NCBI GenBank assembly: GCA_038087875.1
Contig: JAXLNO010000174.1
Coordinates: forward strand, 247,884 to 267,883
Length of the DNA: 20,000 nucleotides
Reading direction: 5' to 3'
Source: Malacoraja senta
Lineage: Eukaryota
Shown: positions 1 to 10,324 of the stretch, one piece after another
Numbering within the stretch: position 1 is the first letter of the stretch
Layout: each line of letters starts with the position of its first letter
Made by a program: the position numbers and the translations under genes
Notes under the pieces: generated by a model
The model's database searches: none
Told to the model about the DNA's origin: nothing
Seen by the model: only the letters and a program-made list of their open reading frames with translations

Positions 1-143
1 GTGGAAACAAGCTCTTCGGCCCACCGAGCCCGCACTGACCAGCGATCCCCGCACATTAACACTATCCTACACACACTAGGAACAATTTTTACATTTATAG
101 CAAGCCAATTAACCTAAACCTGTACGTCTTTGGAGTGTGGGAG
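1..143 (-). mobile_element. V-SINE (HE1-like) fragment, 3' half
   Basis: Reverse complement matches the 3' half of the full copies at 8296-8619 and 10364-10684 (…CTCCCACACTCCAAAGACGTACAGG…GGGGATCGCTGGTC…); the tail runs off the window edge. Confidence 0.9.
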
Positions 144-225
144 TAAAGGTACGTTACCAAACAGGGCATTCTTTACAATGATAATGCATTTTTAAAAAGA
201 CAGGTAACATTACATCTTTAATTTG

Positions 226-554
226 TTTAGTTTAATTTAGTTTAGAGATATTTTTGCGGCAAGGTAGAGTCGCTGCTTTACAGCGCAGAGTTTAGTTTAG
301 AGATACAGCGTGGAAACAGGCCCTTCAGCCCACAGAGTCCGTGCTGACCAGCGATCCCCGCACACTAACACACACTAGGGACCATTTACAATTATACTAA
401 GTCCATTAACCTACAAACCTCCATGTCTTTGGAGCTCCCGGAGTAAATGGGGAGAACGTACAAACTCCGTACAGACAGCACCTGTAGTCGGGATTAATCC
501 CAGGTGTCTGGCGCTGTGAGGCAGAGGCTCTACCCCTGTGCCACCGTGCCGCCC
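226..554 (-). mobile_element. V-SINE (HE1-like), near full length with an internal deletion, preceded by an extra tail and a short + strand head fragment (256-289)
   Basis: (GTTTA)n tail at ~290, AGATACAGCGTGGAAACAGGCCCTTC, and the tRNA head ending CCACCGTGCCGCCC at 554. A second GTTTAG..AGAGATA tail lies at 226-250. Confidence 0.88.
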
Positions 555-677
555 GAGTCACTGGATGAAACAGTGTTCAAAATGTCCATTCTATCATCCT
601 ACCCCCAAACACCCCTCATCCGCCATCCGCCATCCATTTGAGCTAATTAATCACTGTTGCTTGGTGAACCTCCCTTG

Positions 678-2109
678 AAAGCGGGGAATTACAGACCAGT
701 TAGCCTGACTTCGGTGGTGGGAAAGATGCTGGAGTCAATTATTAAAGAGGTAATAATGGGGCATTTGGATAGCAGTAAGAGGATTAGTCCAAGTCAACAT
801 GGATTTATGAAAGGGAGATCATGCTTGACTAATCTTCTGGATTTTTTTTTAGGATTTGACAAGTAAAATGGATGAAGGGATGCCAGTGGATGTAGTGTAT
901 CTAGACTTTCAGAAAGCCTTTGATAAGGTCCCGCACGGGAGACTGGTGACTAAAATTAGAGCACATGGTATTGGGGGGTAGGGTGTTGACGTGGATAGAA
1001 AATTGGTTGACAGACAGGAAGCAAAGAGTAGAAGTGAACGGGTCCTTTTCAGAATGGCAGGCAGTGGCGAGTGGAGTGCCGCAAGGTTCGGTGTTGGGGC
1101 CGCAACTGTTTACCATATATATTAATGATTTGGAAGAGGGAATTAGGAGCAACACTAGCAAGTTTGCAGATGACACAAAGCTGGGTGGCAATGTGAATGG
1201 TGAAGAGGATGTTAGGAGGTTGCAGGGTGACCTGGACAGGTTGAGTGAGTGGGCAGATGCGTGGCAGATGCAGTATAATATAGATAAATGTGAGGTTATC
1301 CACTTTGGCGACAAAAAGAAGGGGGCAGATTATTATCTCAATGGGGTTAGGTTAGGTAAGGGGGGAGGTGCAGTGAGACCTGGGCGTCCTTGTACACCGG
1401 TCACTGAAAGTTGGCTTACAGGTACAGCAGGCAGTGAAGAAAGCTAATGGAATGTTGGCCTTCATAACAAGAGGATTTCAGTATAGGAGTAAAGAGGTTC
1501 TTCTGCAGTTGTATAGGGCTCTGGTGAGACCACATCTGGTGTATTGTGTACAGTTTTGGTCTCCTAATTTGAGGAAGGACATCCTTGTGATTGAGGCAGT
1601 GCAGCGTAGGTTCACGAGATTGATCCCTGGGATGGCGGGATTGTCATATGAGGAAAGATTAAAAAGACTAGGCTTGTATTCACTGGAGTTTAGAAGGATG
1701 AGGGGGATCTTATAGAAACATATAAAATTATAAAAGGACTGGACAAGCTAGATGCAGGAAAAATGTTCCCAATATTGGGCGAGTCTAGAACCAGGGGCCA
1801 CAGTCTTAGAATAAAGGGGAGGTCATTTAAGACTGAGGTGAGAAAAAACGTTTTCACCCAGAGAGTTGTGAATTTATGGAATTCCCTGCCACAGAGGGCA
1901 GTGGAGGCCAAATCACTGGATGGATTTAAGAGAGAGTTAGATAGAGCTCTAGGGGCTAGTGGAATCAAGGGATATGGGAAGAAGGCAGGCACGGGTTATT
2001 GATAGGGGACGATCAGCCATGATCACAATGAATGGCGGTGCTGGCTCGAAGGGCCGAATGGCCTCCTCCTGCACCTATTTTCTATGTTTCTATGTTTCTA
2101 TGTTTCTAT
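678..2109 (+). mobile_element. CR1-clade LINE (HER1-like), 5'-truncated: frameshifted ORF2 reverse transcriptase, 3'UTR and (TTTCTATG)n tail
   Basis: Four consecutive ORF pieces give CR1 ORF2 motifs: GNYRPVSLTSVVGKMLE, SQHGFMKGRSCLTNL, LDFQKAFDKV, GVPQGSVLGPQLFTIYINDL, KFADDTKL, LYRALVRPHL.YCVQFWSP, FTQRVVNLWNSLP. The 3'UTR has GAAGGGCCGAATGGCCT and an octamer tail at 2078-2109. Confidence 0.97.
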
Positions 2110-2381
2110 AAGGAAGCTTTAAGGGAATCACAGAATGGATGGGTCGTCTCTGTCCATTACAGTGAGTGTCCTGGTTGAACTATTGATAAGTGAGATGTTA
2201 TCTATGCAAAATCCTCCAAACTCACTGGATGAACAAAGGTCCCAATTACTCTCATACCCCATGTTGGATAGACCAAACGATTTGCATGCCTGGCAGTAGA
2301 CTTCCAAAACAGATCGTTTATTCTAAATTCGAGCAAGGGGAAGAGATTACCACAGCCACTTAGGGAAAGACTCAACATCAG

Positions 2382-2477
2382 GTTACCTTTCCATGTTCTC
2401 CAGAGATGCTGCCTGAACCTGCCTGAGTCTTGTGTCATTTTGTGAAAACCAGCATTTGCGGTTCCTTGTTTCTACAG
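2382..2477 (+). mobile_element. Penelope-like element terminal-repeat fragment
   Basis: TCTCCAGAGATGCTGCCTGA…AAACCAGCATTTGCGGTTCCTTGTTTCTACA matches the copies at 7912-8043 and 13798-13887. Confidence 0.7.
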
Positions 2478-2707
2478 CTAGTACCTACGATGTGTAACAG
2501 AACGGGCTCTTCCCTCCAACGTCAGGTTCTATTCAAATGTTTTAAAAAGTGAGATCAGATTGTAATCCCCGCCACACTTTGCTGCACCCCAGAGGGAAAG
2601 TGAATTGTAGGGTACACACGTTTATATATCTTAGCAGCTGACATCTCTGCAGGGTTAAGGGGGTATATAATATAACATATGCATTTGCTCTCAATCAGAC
2701 GTAACAC

Positions 2708-3032
2708 GTTTAGTTTAGATGAGTTTAGTTTAGTTTAGAGATGCAGCACGGAAACAGGCCCTTCAGCCCACCGAGTCTGCACCAACCAGCCATCCCTGCA
2801 CACTAACATTATCTTACACACTAGAGAACATTTACAATTTTACCAAAGCCAATTAACCTACAAACCTGCACAACTTTGGAGTGTGGGAGGAAACCGGAGC
2901 GCCCGGAGAAAACCCACGCAGGTCGGGGGGAGAACGTACAAACTCCACACGGACAGCACCCATAGTCAGGATGGAACCTGGGTCTCTGGCGCTGTGAGGC
3001 AGCAACTCTACCGCTGCGCCACCGTGCCGCCC
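2708..3032 (-). mobile_element. V-SINE (HE1-like), full length
   Basis: On the minus strand: GGGCGGCACGGTGGCGCAGCGG (A box), GGTTCCATCC (B-box variant), central V domain, CR1-like tail GGGCTGAAGGGCCTGTTTCC and (TAAAC)n. Confidence 0.95.
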
Positions 3033-3761
3033 TTGTTTGAACTTACAAGTAGCTTGATGTAATGAATGTACCTCAATGTAAAAGGACAGTTTGCTGAATT
3101 CTAACTATGATGGCAGAACAAAAGAGAAAGCAAAGTCACACGGAGATGAAAGAAGAAGTGAAGGTCCAGCTTCAGGCCTGCTTTATTACACAGGGCTATG
3201 GGGGCCAGTCAATGTTGATTACATATTTTTCCATCAGAAAGTACCTTGCCTCTTCATACTTGCGGAAGTTAATAAATGGAAATTCAATAAGCTGCTGCTA
3301 AATCCACAGACACAAACCAGTGCCACATTTAACTCCACCAGGTATAATTAACATTCAGATAATGTTCCTTTTGTTATTCAACAGAGACACGCCAACATAT
3401 TGCCGTCTGGCCACAAACTTCCAGGGAAATAAAATAGGCTTGCTGCACTCTGCATTAATGAGATACATCCAGTAACAGTGTATTAAAGAAGTGACAGATT
3501 ATAATATTTTAAAACATTGATTTTATACGAGCAATACAAAGATGACTTCCCCCACTATAGTGCGTCTGCTGGCTTCTTGCTTTCAACAAATCTTGATTAT
3601 ATGACGATTGTGACTCCCTTGATATGGTTTTTGCTCTCAGCCCAATGCTGGGGCCAAGTTGCTGGGTTTCAAGTCAGGGAACTTTCACCTTAGTCGCATA
3701 TTCCCCAAGGAAGGGGAAAGTCAGGAAATAAGTGTCACTAAAAGGCAAAACGCAACTGGGC

Positions 3762-3829
3762 GTGAGACTTGGTCAGTATGGATAAGTTGGGCTGAATGGC
3801 CTGCTTTCATTCTGCATAACTCTATGACT
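3762..3829 (+). mobile_element. CR1 3'UTR fragment
   Basis: TTGGTCAGTATGGATAAGTTGGGCTGAATGGCCTGCTTTC…CTCTATGACT resembles the CR1 terminal stem-loop and tail. Confidence 0.7.
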
Positions 3830-3889
3830 TGAATGAGCAAGAAAGTGCTATCCACTTCAGTCTGTAGCAGCTGTGGAACAACTTAAGTG

Positions 3890-4107
3890 GCACGGGGGAG
3901 GAGGGGTGGGATGTGGGGGGGGTGGGGTGGGGGGGGTGGCCGACGGGAACAAAGGGGGAACATTGGGGACTATAACGGACACTTTGAAACTTGTCGGTGC
4001 CCTTTATGTGGCAACTCCTTGCATATTCGTGAATGCAAAACAAAGAATCTGACTGTGACATGCCACGTGTGATTATAAAGAATCGTTCATTCATTCCTTC
4101 ATTCATT
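3890..4107 (+). mobile_element. Retroposon 3' end with G-rich tract and (ATTC)n tail; family unassigned
   Basis: G-rich tract, GAACAAAGG, CACTTTGAAAC…CTTTATGTGG…CTGTGAC…ATAAAG and (TTCA)n; homologous to 12336-12503. Confidence 0.65.
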
Positions 4108-4471
4108 AAGCACCAGAGAACAGACACACAGCCCAGCACACTCCACTGAATGGGGCCTGTACAATGTTGCCTTAGTATGGGGTAGTATGACATAGATTCT
4201 ATAGAAGTGTTTTGAAGAAGAAAGGAGAATTGCCTAATTGTCGACTTGGCTAGCAAAGACCCCACAAGCAACATCATAGAAAGGAATTCATTTTTCATTA
4301 TTCATCTATACCTTGTGTGTTATTGCAGTTTGCAGATTGACAATTGTGAGTTCTGCCATCCAGCAGCAACCACTGTACCACTGACTGTAAATTTCCTTGG
4401 GGATAGTCTGACTTTGAAAATTGCCCACCAAAGAAAGGCCTTTCTAAGGCCCACCATAATAGGTGTTATAT

Positions 4472-4768
4472 GGTGGCATGGTGACGCAGCAGTAGAGTTG
4501 CTGCCTTACAGCGCCAGAGACCCAGGTTCGATCCTGACTAGGGGTGCTGTTTGTACAGAGTTTGTACGTTTTCCCCGTAACCACGTGGGTTTCCTCCGGG
4601 TGCTCTGGTTTCCTCACATATTCCAAAGATGTACAGGTTTGTAGGTTAATTGGCTTTGGTAAATTGTCCCTCATGTGTAGGACAGAACTAGTAATCGCTG
4701 GTGAGCGCAAACTCAGTGGGATGAAGGGCCTGTTTCCACACTGTATCTCTAAACTAAACTAAACTAAA
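4472..4768 (+). mobile_element. V-SINE (HE1-like), near full length
   Basis: A-box-like TGACGCAGCAG, B box GGTTCGATCC, V domain and CTGTATCTCT(AAACT)n tail. Confidence 0.95.
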
Positions 4769-4950
4769 TGGTTCAAGGCTCTTTCAGTATTTTAACTTGG
4801 GCACCTAATTCGTCCTTGTAACAGATGAGGTTGGTCATAGAGTTAGGGCATTGAGTTGTGGGCGGGCTGATTTCAACAGTGTAAGACAGCACCTGACAAA
4901 GATAGACTGGGAACAGATGCTGGATGGAAAAGACAACCGCAATAAGTGGA

Positions 4951-5080
4951 ATAGACACAGTATACAAAACGCTGAGTGACCCAGCGGGTCTGGCAGCTTT
5001 TTCTCCTAAGATGCTGCTAGACCTGCTGTTACTCCTGCTTTTTGTGTCTATCTTTGGTATAAACGAGTGTCTGCAGTTCC
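4951..5080. mobile_element. Penelope-like terminal-repeat fragments in inverted arrangement
   Basis: A minus piece ATAGACACA…CCAGCGGGTCTGGCAGC is followed directly by a plus piece TTCTCCTAAGATGCTGCTAGACCTGCTG…TGTGTCTATC…CTGCAGTTCC. Confidence 0.7.
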
Positions 5081-5755
5081 CTATTTATTAAAAATAAGTG
5101 GGAGGTGTTTAAAGTCAGGGTAGTAAGAGCTCAGACTCAGCGTGTGCCCGTGAAGGGTAAGAAGCAAACATGGTGAGATTATGAAAGGAAATTGAAGATT
5201 TGGCCAGAAATAAGAAGTCAGGTGCAAGCATTTGGCATTGAGTGCAGCCATTGAGGTTGATGGAGATGAAGGTGAGAACTGAAGAATGAAATGAGAGCAG
5301 AGAGACAACATGAAATGGCCTTGGCAAACAGGACTAAGGAGATTCCCAAAGTACATTAGAAGCAAGAAGTTCAGGAAAGAGTGGGTTCCACCAGGGACAA
5401 ATCAGGAAAGTGTAGAGCCAAGAGATATGAGTAGATCTTACATGAGCTCTTCTCATCAGAGTGATTATGGAGAGTGAGGGGAAGGACACACAAATATTCT
5501 GGAAGATGATTGTTTCAGGGATGAAGGAGTGTTGGAGATGGTGACAGGATCTATGGAAGGATGCAATGGAAAGTGAATGGAAACATTGCTGGTGCCCGAT
5601 GGAGATTTGTACATCATCGTTAGTCACCTGTAGACTGGAGGTATGCTCATGTTGCCCCTTTATTTTTTTAAAGGCAGCATGAAAATACAGAAAATTATCT
5701 GCCGGTGGGCCTTACATTAATAATAGGGAAATTATTGGAACAAATTCTAAAGGTC

Positions 5756-6125
5756 AGGTCGAGGTCAGACGAGAAGGTTGTTGACTACAACCTTCCCCCC
5801 ATTGACGAACTGTACACTGCAAGGGCCAGGAAGCGAGCGGGTAAGATCATCTCTGACCCCTCTCACCCTGGCCACAAACTCTTTGAAGCACTTCCCTCTA
5901 GGAGGCAACTCCAGACTATCAAAGCCGCCACAGCCAGACATAAAAACAGGTTGTTCCCATGAGCAGTAGCTCTACTCAACAGCCAAAAGTCTGTAGCCTC
6001 TTTTTACTCGGGTAAATTATAATGTTTTATTTTTAATTATCTGTTGTTTATCATGTTTATATACTTTTGTGAGCAAAGCACCAAGGCAAATTCCTTGTAT
6101 GTGTACATACTTGACCAATAAAATG
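5756..6125 (+). mobile_element. Rex1/Babar-type LINE 3' fragment
   Basis: Translation LPPIDELYTARARKRAGKIISDPSHPGHKLFEALPS.R…TARHKNRLFP resembles the Rex1 ORF2 C-terminus; T-rich 3'UTR ending CAATAAAA. Confidence 0.8.
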
Positions 6126-6320
6126 TTGCATTCTGCTTCTTTGCTTCTATGTTCACTCATAAAGACTGGGACTGATTTGAAGGAGTCACCATAGTTCTGT
6201 GCTAGGGAAATCCTTCTCACAATCTGATTAAGTATTTATAGAAGGCCGTGAAGAAAATTGATGAAGGCAAGGGACTTGACAAGTTTTGCATAAACATTAG
6301 CAAGGTTTTGACTTGGGGAA

Positions 6321-6773
6321 GTCACAAAATACTGGAGTAACTCAGCGGGTCAGGCAGCATCTGTGGGGGAAAAGAATAGGTGATGATTCGGGTCGAGACC
6401 CTTTGTCTGACTGGGAGTCAGGGGAAAGGGAAGAAGGGTTTCGGCCCGAAACGTTGCCTATTTTCTTCGCTCCGTAGATCTGCTGCACCCGCTGAGTTTC
6501 TCCAGCACTTTTGTCTACCAAAGGGAAACTAGAGGTATGAAAAGGTACTGAACAGATCAGAGCCCACAATGACCACAGTGACCAAAGAACCCACAATGGT
6601 CCATTGTTGGCTGTGGAGGAGGTTATAACGAGGGGATACGAAGAGTAAAACTAGCAGGATGACTAGGGTGGGGGGAGGATGGAGCGAGAGGGAATGCAAG
6701 GGTTACTTGAAATTAGAGAAATCAATATTCATACCACTGGGTGTAAACCAGCATCTGCAGTTCCTTCCTTCAC
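6321..6773 (-). mobile_element. Penelope-like retroelement 3' end (ORF C-terminus plus terminal repeat), with a nested + strand repeat at ~6433-6519 and an inverted tail piece at 6745-6773
   Basis: Minus strand 6745->6702 translates LHPSGMNIDFSNFK*, typical of a Penelope GIY-YIG ORF end, followed by 3'UTR and the AAGGGTCTCGACCCGAA…GATGCTGCCTGACCCGCTGAGTTACTCCAG repeat. Confidence 0.8.
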
Positions 6774-6907
6774 ATTTTTAACGGGGTGCAACTTCCCTGA
6801 AAAATGGGAAAACCAGGCAGATATGGTAGCGAAGAAGGCATTTGGCATGCTTGCCTTCGTAGACTGATACAATGAATATAAGAGTTAGGTTGTCATGTTG
6901 CAGTCGT

Positions 6908-7431
6908 ATCTGGTGAACTTCTACCGCTGCACCATCGAGAGCATCCTTACCAACTGCATCACAGTATGGTATGGCAACTGCTCTGTCTCCGACCGGAAAG
7001 CACTGCAGAGGGTGGTGAAAATTGCCCAACGCATCACCGGTTCCTCACTCCCCTCCATTGAGTCTGTCCAAAGCAAGCGTTGTCTGCGAAGGGCGCTCAG
7101 CATCGCCAAGGACTGCTCTCACCCCAACCACAGACTGTTTACCCTCCTACCATCCGGGAGGCGCTACAGGTCTCTCCGTTGCCGGACCAGCAGGTCCAGG
7201 AACAGCTTCTTCCCTGCGGCGGTTACACTACTCAACACTGTACCTCGGTGACTGCCAATCACACCCCCCCCCCCCCCCCCGGACACTCCTCCCACCAGGA
7301 TTTATTAGATTTATTTATTTACTGCTCATATTTATGTCGCTCTTCTAGGGAGATGCTAACTGCATTTCGTTGTCTCTGTACTGTACACTGCACAATGACA
7401 ATAAAGTTGAATCGGAATCTGAATCTGAATC
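6908..7431 (+). mobile_element. Rex1/Babar LINE, 5'-truncated; open ORF2 C-terminus (DUF1891-type region), 3'UTR and (GAATCT)n tail
   Basis: LVNFYRCTIESILTNCITVWYGNCSVSDRKALQRVV…HPNHRLFTLLPSGRRYRSLRCRTSRSRNSFFPAAVTLLN, open to the stop at 7251; AATAAAG followed by GAATC repeats. Confidence 0.9.
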
Positions 7432-7577
7432 AAACCTTTCTCGGGCGGCACGCAGTGATGTGTACGTATATTTCTGGTCACCTGCTGGAGCTTGCACATT
7501 ATCGATGGAATTACAGCCTTACGGAGAATGGATTGAGGCTCACTGTGATGGCAAACTTGCAGCGGGGATGTTATTCT

Positions 7578-7703
7578 GTGTAGGAATGAACTGCAGATGT
7601 TGATTTACACCAAAGATAGACACAAAATCCTGGGGTAACTCAGCAGGTCAGGCAGCTTCTCTGGAGAGAAGAAATAGGTGACATTTCAGTCTGACACCCT
7701 TCT
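7578..7703 (-). mobile_element. Penelope-like terminal repeat
   Basis: Reverse complement aligns with 7912-8043. Confidence 0.8.
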
Positions 7704-7911
7704 AGAGCTTGGTATAACTGGCTACCAGGATTGTATTTTCTGATAAGACAGGGGGTTGCAAAAGCCATGTCTCTGTGAAATACACTGAGGTGCCAGTCGC
7801 CTGAACAGTAATTTAATCCCTGTGTTGTATTTAAAGGGCATCAGTCACCCTCTATGGATAAGGAAGCTTGTCTTTCAGTAGTGTATTCTGTGACTGTTCT
7901 GTAAAAGTGTT

Positions 7912-8043
7912 TGAAGAAGGGTCTCGACCCAAAACATTATCTATTCCTTTTTCTCCTGAGATGGTGCCTGACCCGCTGAGTTTCTCCAGCACTTTGTGTC
8001 TATCACAGGGCATAAACCAGCATTTGCAGTTCCTTCCTACACA
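7912..8043 (+). mobile_element. Penelope-like terminal repeat with a 13-bp TSD (one mismatch)
   Basis: TGAAGAAGGGTCTCGACCC…TTCCTTCCTACACA flanked by CTGTAAAAGTGTT (7899-7911) and CTGTAAAACTGTT (8044-8056). Confidence 0.85.
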
Positions 8044-8295
8044 CTGTAAAACTGTTAGCCCAGTGTATTTTAGCTCCACTCGTGTTCAGTCTTCATTCCT
8101 GTAGCTACAGTTCCATAGTTTCTTTGTTTTGTTAGTTATGTGTTTTGAGTTTTGAGTTTTTAGTTAAGGTCTGCAGATATTTTAATGCTTTGCTCTAATA
8201 CCTTACAACCGTTGTGCTTGAATAAAGATTTTAAAACGCTGCTAGTGGACTCGACAAATCATTGAGATTCAGTGATCCTACATCACCAATCTCCA

Positions 8296-8619
8296 GGGCT
8301 GCTCGGTGGCGCAGCGGTAGAGTTGCTGCCTTACAGCGCCAGAGACCTGGGAACAATCCTGACTACGGCCGCTGTCTGTACGGAGTTTGTACATTCTCCC
8401 TGTGACTGCGTGGGTTTTCTCTGGGAGCTCCAGTTTCCTCCCACACTCCAAAGACGTACATGTTTGTAGGTTAATTGGCTTGGTATAAATGTAAATTGTT
8501 CCTAGTGTGTGGGATCGTATTAGATAGTATTAGAGTGCGGGGATCACTGGTCGGCGCGGACTAGGTGGGCTGAAGGGCCTGTTTCCATGCTGTATCTCTA
8601 CACTAAACTAAACTAAACT
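8296..8619 (+). mobile_element. V-SINE (HE1-like), full length
   Basis: A box TGGCGCAGCGG, mutated B box (GGAACAATCC), V domain and (AAACT)n tail. Confidence 0.95.
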
Positions 8620-8620
8620 C

Positions 8621-8949
8621 GAGGAAGGGGGTGATAGCATTAGAAACAGTGATGATGCCTGGAATGGAGGGCTGTAGTCATTAGGAGAGACTGGATAGGG
8701 TTAGTTTATTCTCATGCAAATAGGAGGCCAACTACTGATCACTGGGAGGAGGCTGAGGGGTGACCTTACAGACGGTGAGGGGCATGGATACGGTACATCG
8801 TCAGAGTCATTCTCCTGGGGAAGGGTTGTCTAAATCTAGAGGACGCATTTAAAATTAGAAGGGATAAAACCAAAGTTGGATGGGACCGGTTTACATAGAT
8901 AGCACAGGCTTAGAGGGATAAGGGCAAACGCAGGCAAGTGGGACTAGCC
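8621..8949 (+). mobile_element. Degraded CR1 3' fragment
   Basis: ATGCCTGGAATGGAGGG…GGAGAGACTGGATAGG…GAGGCTGAGGGGTGACCTTA…TCTAGAGG…GCAGGCAAGTGGGACTAG is colinear with the CR1 ORF2 end, with deletions. Confidence 0.75.
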
Positions 8950-8971
8950 ATGGAGACAGAGGGTTGTAGAT

Positions 8972-9618
8972 CACAGAAACAGGCCCTTTGGCCCATCTCA
9001 TCCATGCTGTCTAAGAGGCTGTTTCTGTGCGGTACAACTCTGGCTCCGTGACGCTAGGTTACCAGACTGACAGAGAGCCACATTCTGGCAATGAAACCAC
9101 AGAACCAGCTTGTATCTTGCAGAGAAGCACAAATCTATCTCATGAATCTCATGCAGAGGAAACCGGAGCACCCGGAGGAAACCCATGTGGTTTCCACCAA
9201 CCTACAACAGGCAAACTCCACACAGACAGCACCTAAGGTCAGGATCGAACTCGGTTTAGTTTGGAGATAGTTTAGAGATACAGCGCGGAAACAGGCCCTT
9301 CGGCCCACCAAGCCCACACCAACCAGCAGTCCCCGCACATTAACACTATCCTACACACAGTAGGGACAACTTTACACATAGACCAAGCCAATTAACCTAC
9401 ATACCTGTACTGCCTTGGGAGTGTGGAAGGAAACCAAAGATGTCGGGGAAAACCCACAAAGGTCACGGGGAAGACGTGCAAACTCCGTACAGACAGCACC
9501 CGTAGTTGGGATCGAACCAGGGTCTCCGGCGCTGAAAGGCAGCAACTCGACCGCTGCCCCCCATAGTTCTCTGACGCTGTAAGGCAACAGGTCAACCTGT
9601 TGCACCAGTGGGCCACCC
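8972..9618 (-). mobile_element. Older V-SINE split into pieces (tail ~8972-9010, body 9157-9253, head 9568-9618)
   Basis: …AGGATCGAACTCGG joins TCTCTGACGCTGTAAGGCAAC…GCCACCC once the younger copy is removed. Confidence 0.75.
9254..9563 (-). mobile_element. V-SINE (HE1-like), nested in the older copy
   Basis: Tail, V domain, B box (GGATCGAACC on +) and most of the A box; lacks the first few head bases. Confidence 0.93.
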
Positions 9619-9700
9619 AGTCATTCATAGTATTTATATGGGTCACATTTCACCAAGAACATTCCTGGTGAGTGCAGATTGAAGCCCAGCTCCTGATGTG

Positions 9701-10056
9701 GTTGGACAGGCTAGATGCAGGAAGATTGTTCCCGATGTTGGGGAAGTCCAGGACAAGGGGTCACAGCTTAAGGATAAGGGGGAAATCCTTTAGGACCGAG
9801 ATGAGGAAAAACTTTTTCACACAGAGAGTGGTGAATCTCTGGAACTCTCTGCCACAGAAGGTAGTTGAGGCCAGTTCATTGGCTATCTGTAAGAGGGAGT
9901 TAGATGTGGCCCTTGTGGCTAAGGGGATCAGGGGGTATGGAGAGAAGGCAGGTACGGGATACTAAGTTGGATGATCAGCCATGATCATATTGAATGGCGG
10001 TGCAGGCTCGAAGGGCCGAATGGCCTACTCCTGCACCTATTTTCTATGTATCTATG
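9701..10056 (+). mobile_element. Young CR1 3' fragment with a 7-bp TSD
   Basis: Open frame LDRLDAGRLFPMLGKSRTRGHSLRI…FFTQRVVNLWNSLP…KAGTGY*, intact 3'UTR and TTCTATG tail; TGATGTG at 9694-9700 and 10055-10061. Confidence 0.95.
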
Positions 10057-10324
10057 ATGTGACCATCAGGCCACATCCATGGCTGCAGTAAACTCTTATT
10101 TACCCAGTGTCCGTGCATCTAGAACTCTCGTGTTGCTGGCTAAACGTTATTGTTATGAAAATAAGCTCAAACGCTAATTTTATTTCAAGTGGTTTGCAAA
10201 GTAAATGTAAAAGCCGTTTTTGGTTTATTTACATTTATACATAAGGGCTGTATGACTGTAGGCTGATTGCCTGCAACATCCTCCTGGAGGATTCAGTACT
10301 TCCTAGTTGGTCAGTATTGTCTTG

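Larger units (their letters stand above)
4858..6910 (+). mobile_element. Old, degraded CR1 ORF2 relic broken by younger insertions (pieces ~4858-4951, ~5081-5755, ~6148-6312, ~6812-6910)
   Basis: Colinear degenerate ORF2 motifs: ADFNSVRQHLTKIDWEQML, DWRYAHVAPLF, GLTLIIGKLLEQILK, KKIDEG…ISKVLD-like, QADMVAKKAFGMLAF. Many stops and frameshifts. Confidence 0.75.

Noticed and set aside
657..2002. Reverse transcriptase ORFs as a functional gene, retron or DGR
   Set aside because: Standard 5'-truncated CR1 ORF2 with frameshifts, no endonuclease domain and a typical LINE tail.
558..2260. TCACTGGATGAA at 558 and 2222 as a TSD of the long CR1
   Set aside because: Both copies lie over 100 bp from the element ends; chance similarity or an old unrelated duplication.
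3245..3297. Possible minus-strand micro-exon (QQLIEFPFINFRKYEEA) with AG/GT boundaries
   Set aside because: Weak splice signals and no recognisable protein match; cannot be supported without RNA data.
4246..4644. Recurring peptide AAVELLPYSARDPGSILTTGAVCTEFVR in several ORFs
   Set aside because: It is the translation of the SINE head, not a protein family.
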